The notes beneath the pieces are model-generated. The model made no database searches, was not told where the DNA came from, and was given only the letters and a program-made list of their open reading frames with translations. A stretch of 64,000 nucleotides of DNA from Lingula anatina (taxonomy: Eukaryota; Animalia; Brachiopoda): contig CM120640.1 of NCBI GenBank assembly GCA_051362555.1, forward strand, positions 8,742,001 through 8,806,000. The letters run 5' to 3'. A program made the position numbers and the translations under genes. Shown here in pieces: positions 57,415 through 64,000 of the stretch; the stretch's first letter is position 1, and each line of letters opens with the position of its first letter.

Positions 57415-58507
57415 ACATGGATAGATAAATGAAGTGAACAAGGGTTTGCAAAAATAAGTACATTTTATCACTAAGACAAGTGCATATATTCAAGGAAAAA
57501 TAAGCTTTCTCAATGTCCAAGCCGTCGACTTGCCGTAATCATAAGAAGGATAGCAAAAATGACTTGGATAAGCATAACATGTATTTGTCTACACGCAAGG
57601 CTTGTCCTTAAGAAGTGGGCGCCATTTTCTAAAGAAGAAAGTAATAATAAAATGATAAATAGCAACATTAAATGTGCAGCGTGCTTTGGGATTCTGTGTC
57701 TATTTCTTTGCAGTAGCATACTGACGAGTTCTTGTTTTACGGACTCAGAGACTGAAAGTGAGTTTTTGGCTGTGACTGTGTGACAACATATACAAGTTGA
57801 ACTGATAGCTCAACAAACCTCACGCTGAATTCTGCTACTTGTTGCCTTCGTCTTAATGGCAGTGCATAAATGAAATACGTTTCTCTTTAATATCGCAACG
57901 CCATGATCATGATTCAGTTTGTCCAAGACTTAAAAACGTCAAGGGTTGTGAGAATCGTGTATTAGTTTAGTTATTCGGGAAAGTGACCCGGTATCTGACA
58001 CGATGAAACTTTCATTAGGTATTACTGTCTTGTATATTTTCATGTTGTTAGTTGAATCGAAATGAATATTTAATCTGTAAATTGGAGCTAGTTTTAAATT
58101 ACTCGTGAATATAACTACAATGTATTCAATGTGTCTGCACCCAACGCATTTCTTTCCTCGGATCAAAAAACTAGAACTAACACACCTCGTCAATTTATTT
58201 TTCACATGACGATAAAAAAACAATTAATCCAAGCTGATCTTATTTTTCTATTTGCAACAGATATGGTTATTAGACGATAACGATACCGATGACACATTCT
58301 GATACACTATGTCCAAAACCAAGTCAAGGATACATATCATTATTTTCATCAAGCCTTTCCCTACCGTTGCATGTTATTTATTTAACCGAGCAGTACAAAA
58401 CAATTGACGAAATTCTGGGGCACTCTTTTCCACCTTATATGCATGATAATTATCTTTCGTCACGCTTTACTTGTGGAACGTATCGATTTTGCAATCTACA
58501 AAACGGA

Positions 58508-58541
<34 letters not shown>

Positions 58542-59092
58542 TAAACATCGTTGATGTCACTGTATGCCCAAGCAATTTTTTTCGATTATAAGATATTGAG
58601 ATCCACGAAGGAGGGCTGAACATTATGAATAAACTGTTACTTCGGTTATGCGATATCATGTTTGAAATCCGGACAGGGAGAAATATGAGCAGCACCTTTT
58701 TTTGCAGGTGCTTGATAATGGGCTCCTGTCTTAAGACATGTTTTATGCTTTACATAATTTTATTTTCTACCTTGCATCCTTCTCTCAAACCTTACAACGT
58801 TAAACTTTCAAATTATCTTTTCATGAAAGACAAATGTCCATGGCATTTAAATTTTATTACACTTTTCAGATTATTTAAATACTCTTTTTTTTATTAATAT
58901 TATTGATTATCACAAGATTTAGATGACAGTTGAGAACTGATAGCGAACAACCCAAGGCTCTGTTTGCAGATATAGTCACGCGGTTCTAAAGGTACTCTTA
59001 CGTTCTGCTTTATGCTAGGTTGATTGTCATTAACGGACACGGGCAAGCACAACGATGGTTATCACAGCTAAGTACTGTCACCTGCAGACGGT

Positions 59093-59182
59093 GTGACGTG
59101 CAATAAAACGTCCACTCTCTGCGCAAGAGAGATAAGCTTCACGGTGTGTTACCCTCTGACGTCATCTTCGGTGAATATAAAT
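59093..59182 (+). promoter_or_regulatory. TATA promoter of the CUB gene with palindromic CRE
   Basis: TGACGTCA at 59157-64, TATAAAT at 59176-82, second TGACGTG at 59094-100, GATAAG at 59131; about 150 bp upstream of the ATG. Confidence 0.6.
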
Positions 59183-59325
59183 CGCCACATGACAGGCGCT
59201 GGGCAGTAACTGAGTGGAAGACGAAAGAGAAAAGTTCTGGTGCATCAAGACCTACCCAATTTTATTTTAAGAGATAGCAAATAACACCAGACAAAAGACT
59301 GATCGGTGAGAGTGAAACCGTGATC

Positions 59326-59377
59326 ATGAATTGGAAGACCGTAGCCGTGATGCTATGGGCCGTAGCTTGTGTAGCGG
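59326..59377 (+). CDS. CUB protein exon 1 (signal peptide)
   Basis: MNWKTVAVMLWAVACVA(G)|gtaagt. Confidence 0.82.
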
Positions 59378-62300
59378 GTAAGTCAAGACATGGTTTTCTT
59401 TTTATAATTATGCGTCATGTCATGTTTTATTATGTATAAAAATTTCAAAATTGAACATTTCGTTTGTCATTTGAATGGTCAAATCACCATCATCTGATGA
59501 AAATGCATCTGTGTAGTCTAATGATGATGATAATAATAATTATTTTAAACGTTTCATTTTCTATACAAAATGAAACAGCAGAAACAAAGCATTCGGTCAC
59601 ACCGTGACCTTCCTCAGTGAACACTACTCACCAATGTATCAATAATTGTATCAGTCCATAATAACGCATGCGCTTCGCTTATTGAATTTTTAAAACATTT
59701 TTATCAGTGTCAAAAACTTCAGATATCAGTATTTGGAATTGTGATATTCCCGAAATAAGCATCATAATACATTCAAAATGTGTAATTGTGCTATGACGTC
59801 TTCACTTTATGCGGCAATCGAACTTAAGTAGAGTTCTAGGCTGTACTTTCCGACGCGAAATGTTGCGTTTAGCGTTTGCTAAACATTGAGTTAGCAGGTG
59901 GGTGCATCACCATATGCGTTGAAAAACTACAGATTTGCAAGGAAATCAGTTTTTAAAAATCAGTAATATCATTACAAAAAGCCATTTTAGTTTTGTGATA
60001 ATGCTTATTTTACATTCATTTACAGGCAAGCCGGCGTCACTTTTGTCTGTTCTAACAGAAAGTGCCGACGTTCATACCAGACACGCTCGCCAAAACTCTG
60101 CATGTTCTGGCGGAGACGATCAATCAGGAACCTCGGGAGAAGTCCAGCTTCTTAACTATGGAAACAACCAAGTTTGTGAATGGAAGATCACAACTACTGC
60201 TGGAATGGTAAAATATAATAATTATTAAACTTGGTTACTTTAATGTTTATTTAGAGTTTCGTCCATGCAAAGCCAACTTGTTAACTGTCTTACAATAGAT
60301 TCGTTTGAAAATTTCGCCCGCTTAAAAACAAGTGCAAAACATTTTTATGACCTTAGGTCTATCATTTAAAAAAGTGCATACTAATCCTATTTTGACAACC
60401 TCGGAGACTTGCTTTTTGTTGACGCATTTCAAAGTGTGTACCTTTTACGAAAAATTGTACTTTGTCAATTTTTTAATATGCTAAATTTAAAAACTGTTGA
60501 AATTCACGGGCATAAAAATTAGTACATAATACCACATCCCTCACACCCACTGAAAAAATGCAAGATCTTAAAATATTAAATGAAGATTGCCACTATTTGC
60601 ATAAATCAGGTTAGCATTTTATGCCAGCCTCTTCTCCTCCGGTCCGCTGGTTGAGACAAGTAATTTGTTAGTGGTTCTTTTGATGGACAAGTACCTTTGA
60701 ATCAAGATCTTTTGGGCGATAGTCTGGATTTTTGCCTCTATACTTCACGGTAGCAGGGAGGTTATGTAATACTAACCGCATTGTCCAATAGGCTTGACTG
60801 AATCCGCTCGGTAATTACGGTCCTTGTGTTTTAACCGGTATTTATCTATTCAATCTGGGATGGACTGACGGACGAGCGCTCATTCGTCAAGATCCCCAAC
60901 GATAATCAAACCTACTCTCTGACCACAGGGTGCGCTAGTTTTCTGTTACGGAAAAGTTGAATGGCAGTGTAATTTGGGATACTATTTTGATATCAGTGGG
61001 TAAATCAAACTTCGGTGCCACACACTGGATTTATTATCATGTATCAAGTACGCAGAATTCTTTATGTGACATTTGATATGAAAAAGTTCAGAAAATATGA
61101 TAAGCTCCGTACTAACTTCACCTTTCAAAAAGTTGGTACTGTCACGATAATTGCTAATTCATATCGCTTGGGGGGGGGGGGGGTGAGAGAGATGTTACCC
61201 TCGGAGGTAGTACCTTCTCCTCCACTATAACTATGATGCCACTATACATACGGAAAGGAAAAGGGGACAATTACCGGTATTTTATATTTGAATGGCCCTA
61301 TGCACTTCTCTCGCTAAAATGTTGTTAAAAATCTTTATTAGCCCTAGAGCATGGCTATGACTTAACAATGTAGGTAGAAGATGGCATAAACAACCGTTTT
61401 CAATTATCATGCAAATAGTTGTTCAGTGCGACAAGACAACAGACGGTTTTATGTAACGTATTTGTACTGGTTTTATTGGTACTTACCGGTAACTTATTAA
61501 ATAAATAATAACTGCCCTGCCAAACCATTATGCGCCACTTATTCCTCTTTTTTTAGGAAATCCGCCTAAGCTTCGAGTCCTTCAACGTGGAGACGCAATC
61601 TTCGTGTGTTTGGGACTCCTTAACGGTGTATGACGGCGACTCAGCTTCGGCACAAGCGCTGATTAAAATGTGTGGGAATAACCCTAAAGTGGGCGACGGC
61701 ATCGTATCTTCCGGCAACACCATGTTTATACGATTTAGATCTGATGGTTCTGTGACCAGGCCTGGCTTTACTATCAGATGGGAAGCTGTTCCCGATGGAA
61801 CTGGTAAGATTCATAGAATTTTGACATCCAATTCATTTCAAGAACACAGATAAGATATACTAAATACTAATCGACATGTATTGGAATCATTGAATTATCA
61901 CTTTATTAGTACTTCTACATCCCATTACATCAGATAACATTTTGTTATTGTTCACTGATACTTAGGCTTACTTCATTCGTTTCTCATTTGTTAATACAAA
62001 ACTGTCTTTCAGCTGTGGACACGTCCCTCGGTTGCAGTTCTCAGCAAACTCTCCAGACTTCTGGAACCCTCAACCCATTCCGATACAATGTCCAAAACTA
62101 TCCCAATAATGAGTTATGTGAATGGGTTATCCAGGGCCCAACCGGTCAGGTAAACTTACTATTGAATTTTCACGACCAAACACCATAAGTAAGAATACAT
62201 ATTTATCTTTTAACAATGTTTTACCCGTTATAACGATGATAATATACAAAATGATGACGCCAACTGATAAGCTGATCGTTTTTAGGGAGTCAAATTGACG

Positions 62301-63682
62301 AATGCTTTCTTCAACGTTGAATCCCAAAGCAGCTGCTCGTATGATGCGTTGGAAGTGTACGACGGTTCTTCTGCGAGTGCTACACGTATCGGCAAATTCT
62401 GTGGATCATCCATTTCACAGCGGGAAATTCAGTCCACAGGCGATTCACTTTTCCTTCGGTTTAAATCGGACTCGAGTGTAAGAAGACAGGGCTTTGTCTT
62501 TGCTTATGAACCCAGAGGTAGGTCATTTGTATATATACAGTATATACATACAGATTCAATTTTCTCTTTCTGTCTTTGTTTCTTAATATAAACTTCGAAC
62601 AGTAAACATTATAGCTTTATGTATTTCTGCTTTCGTCTATTATGTTCTGGAGATACTGATAAATCAGACTGTTACATTCTGTAGATGAAGGCACGGAGGG
62701 CTGGGGCTCGTGGTCATCTTGGAGCGGCTGCTCGGTAAGCTGTGGTGGCGGTACCAGGACCCGCACAAGAACATGTTTGGGCGGCGTCTGTGAAGGAGAT
62801 AGTGAGCAAACAGAAGCATGCAACACACAGGGATGCCCAGGTATACATTGGTTTAAACATACTATGATATTATATCGTGCAACAGAAGTGAATGTTAAAA
62901 AGTATTTTAATTGTCCATGTTTTTTTTTTCTTTTCTATTACTTTTTAATACCCATATCTTTGGACATACACCGCACCTGTTCCTTACTGAATTACTGAAA
63001 CCTTATCGACATTTATACTTGTGAAAGATTGTAACAGTATCTGGTTCATCAAAAGTAAATGTATGGGATCTTAGCAACATTGTCGAACATTGCACTGTAT
63101 AGTATATAGTATGTTTGATAATATCATGGAATGAAATATTTCAGACTGCCCGCCTGCCAATAACCCCCGGGTGATCACACTGACCAGTGGCCCATACGTG
63201 TTAGAACCATTCCCAGGTGGCAACTATGCAAACTTCATGGACTGTCACTGGAGAATCGAAGCAGATTCTGACGTCCCTGTGAGTAAACAAAAAACTTACA
63301 CGGTCTTTGTTAACACAGAGAATAAGTTATCCTGAATCAGTTTTTTTTTGTCTTCTGATCATTCTTTGCTATTGCCTGAATAAGCGTCTGTTGGTGGGTA
63401 GGATGTCAAGGTTATAGAAAGTGAACTTGTTGGAAGCACAATCGTATAGTTTTGTTTTCAATGAACAGGTCATCGCCACGTATTCCTCCATGTCTATCGA
63501 GTCTCACAGTAGCTGTGCTTACGACTGGGTTCAGACCTACGACGGAACCTCTATCAATGCCCAGCCCCTAGACCGGAAGAGGTGCGGATCTGCTCTCCCG
63601 CCGGCAGTGACATCTACTGGAAAAGACATGTTCTTGAAATTCCACAGTGACTATTCTGTTGTATTTGGTGGATTCGTAGTAT
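59326..63682 (+). CDS. Secreted CUB/TSP1 mosaic protein (signal peptide, propeptide, CUB-CUB-TSP1-CUB...), spliced, 3'-incomplete
   Basis: Exons 59326-59377, 60026-60207, 61557-61803, 62013-62149, 62286-62517, 62685-62840, 63145-63278, 63469-63682. CUB motifs CEWKI, CxYDxLxVYDG, FRSDxSV..GF; TSP1 motif WGSWSSWSGCSVSCGGGTRTRTRTC. The last visible exon ends at donor T|GTAAGT. Confidence 0.9.
60026..60207 (+). CDS. CUB protein exon 2 (propeptide, CUB1 N-half)
   Basis: KPASLL...TRHARQNSAC...YGNNQVCEWKITTTAGM. Confidence 0.86.
61557..61803 (+). CDS. CUB protein exon 3 (CUB1 C-half)
   Basis: EIRLSFESFNVETQSSCVWDSLTVYDG...FRSDGSVTRPGF. Confidence 0.92.
62013..62149 (+). CDS. CUB protein exon 4 (CUB2 N-half)
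   Basis: GCSSQQTL...NYPNNELCEWVIQGPTGQ. Confidence 0.9.
62286..62517 (+). CDS. CUB protein exon 5 (CUB2 C-half)
   Basis: GVKLTNAFFNVESQSSCSYDALEVYDG...FKSDSSVRRQGF. Confidence 0.92.
62685..62840 (+). CDS. CUB protein exon 6 (TSP1 repeat)
   Basis: WGSWSSWSGCSVSCGGGTRTRTRTCLGGVCEGDSEQTEACNTQGCP, phase 1-1. Confidence 0.93.
63145..63278 (+). CDS. CUB protein exon 7 (CUB3 N-half)
   Basis: CPPANNPR...GGNYANFMDCHWRIEADSDVP. Confidence 0.88.
63469..63682 (+). CDS. CUB protein exon 8 (CUB3 C-half)
   Basis: VIATYSSMSIESHSSCAYDWVQTYDG...FHSDYSVVFGGF. Confidence 0.9.
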
Positions 63683-64000
63683 GTAAGTAGGCTATGTAAA
63701 ATGTCTGAAATGTCAATATATTTGGATATAGAATACACGTCATTTAACTGTGTACAACTTGTTCTGTGGCCTTGTGAAGTAAAGTTAAGTGTCATAATTT
63801 AAAGAATGAATTTATTATATTTGTGATATTTTGAAAAAATGTCGTAAACATGTTCCCCGATGTTTAGTTCCCATCTGTGCTAGCTTATTGGTCATCAAAA
63901 TCGTGCGAGACTCCGAAGCTGAGTGCATTTATTGGAATTCTACCCAGAGTATTAAATAAAGTTACACGTAGGCCTATATATTGGACATTTTATCTGTTCT

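Noticed and set aside
60620-60960. Possible tRNA-derived SINE remnant in CUB gene intron 2
   Set aside because: Only vague resemblance; no clear A/B boxes or TSD, and no second copy in the window.

Overview
AT-rich, intron-rich animal DNA, probably a marine invertebrate; the taxon cannot be fixed from sequence alone. Four spliced genes were reconstructed by hand from GT-AG junctions with consistent phases. (1) A tandem-GAF cGMP phosphodiesterase of the invertebrate Pde6/PDE5 type, minus strand, ATG 38252, running off the left edge before the catalytic domain. (2) A complete MAP9/ASAP-like microtubule-associated protein (+, 42775-48167). (3) A complete uracil-DNA glycosylase UNG (-, 55472-52626). 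(4) A secreted signal-CUB-CUB-TSP1-CUB protein (+, from 59326, running off the right edge). Introns and spacers hold three copies of a non-autonomous Helentron/DINE-1-like element carrying expandable 146-bp tandem arrays of perfect DR1 (TGACCTTTGACCT) motifs. They also hold about a dozen PIF/Harbinger-type fold-back MITEs, a perfect 136-bp hairpin element with a 9-bp TSD, and an intron-containing Tc1-like transposase relic. The strongest leads are the DR1-array element, unannotated small PDE exons, and a second ATG-less first exon of UNG that starts in a MITE relic. Most short ORFs in the supplied track are spurious. No CRISPR array, rRNA or tRNA gene was seen.
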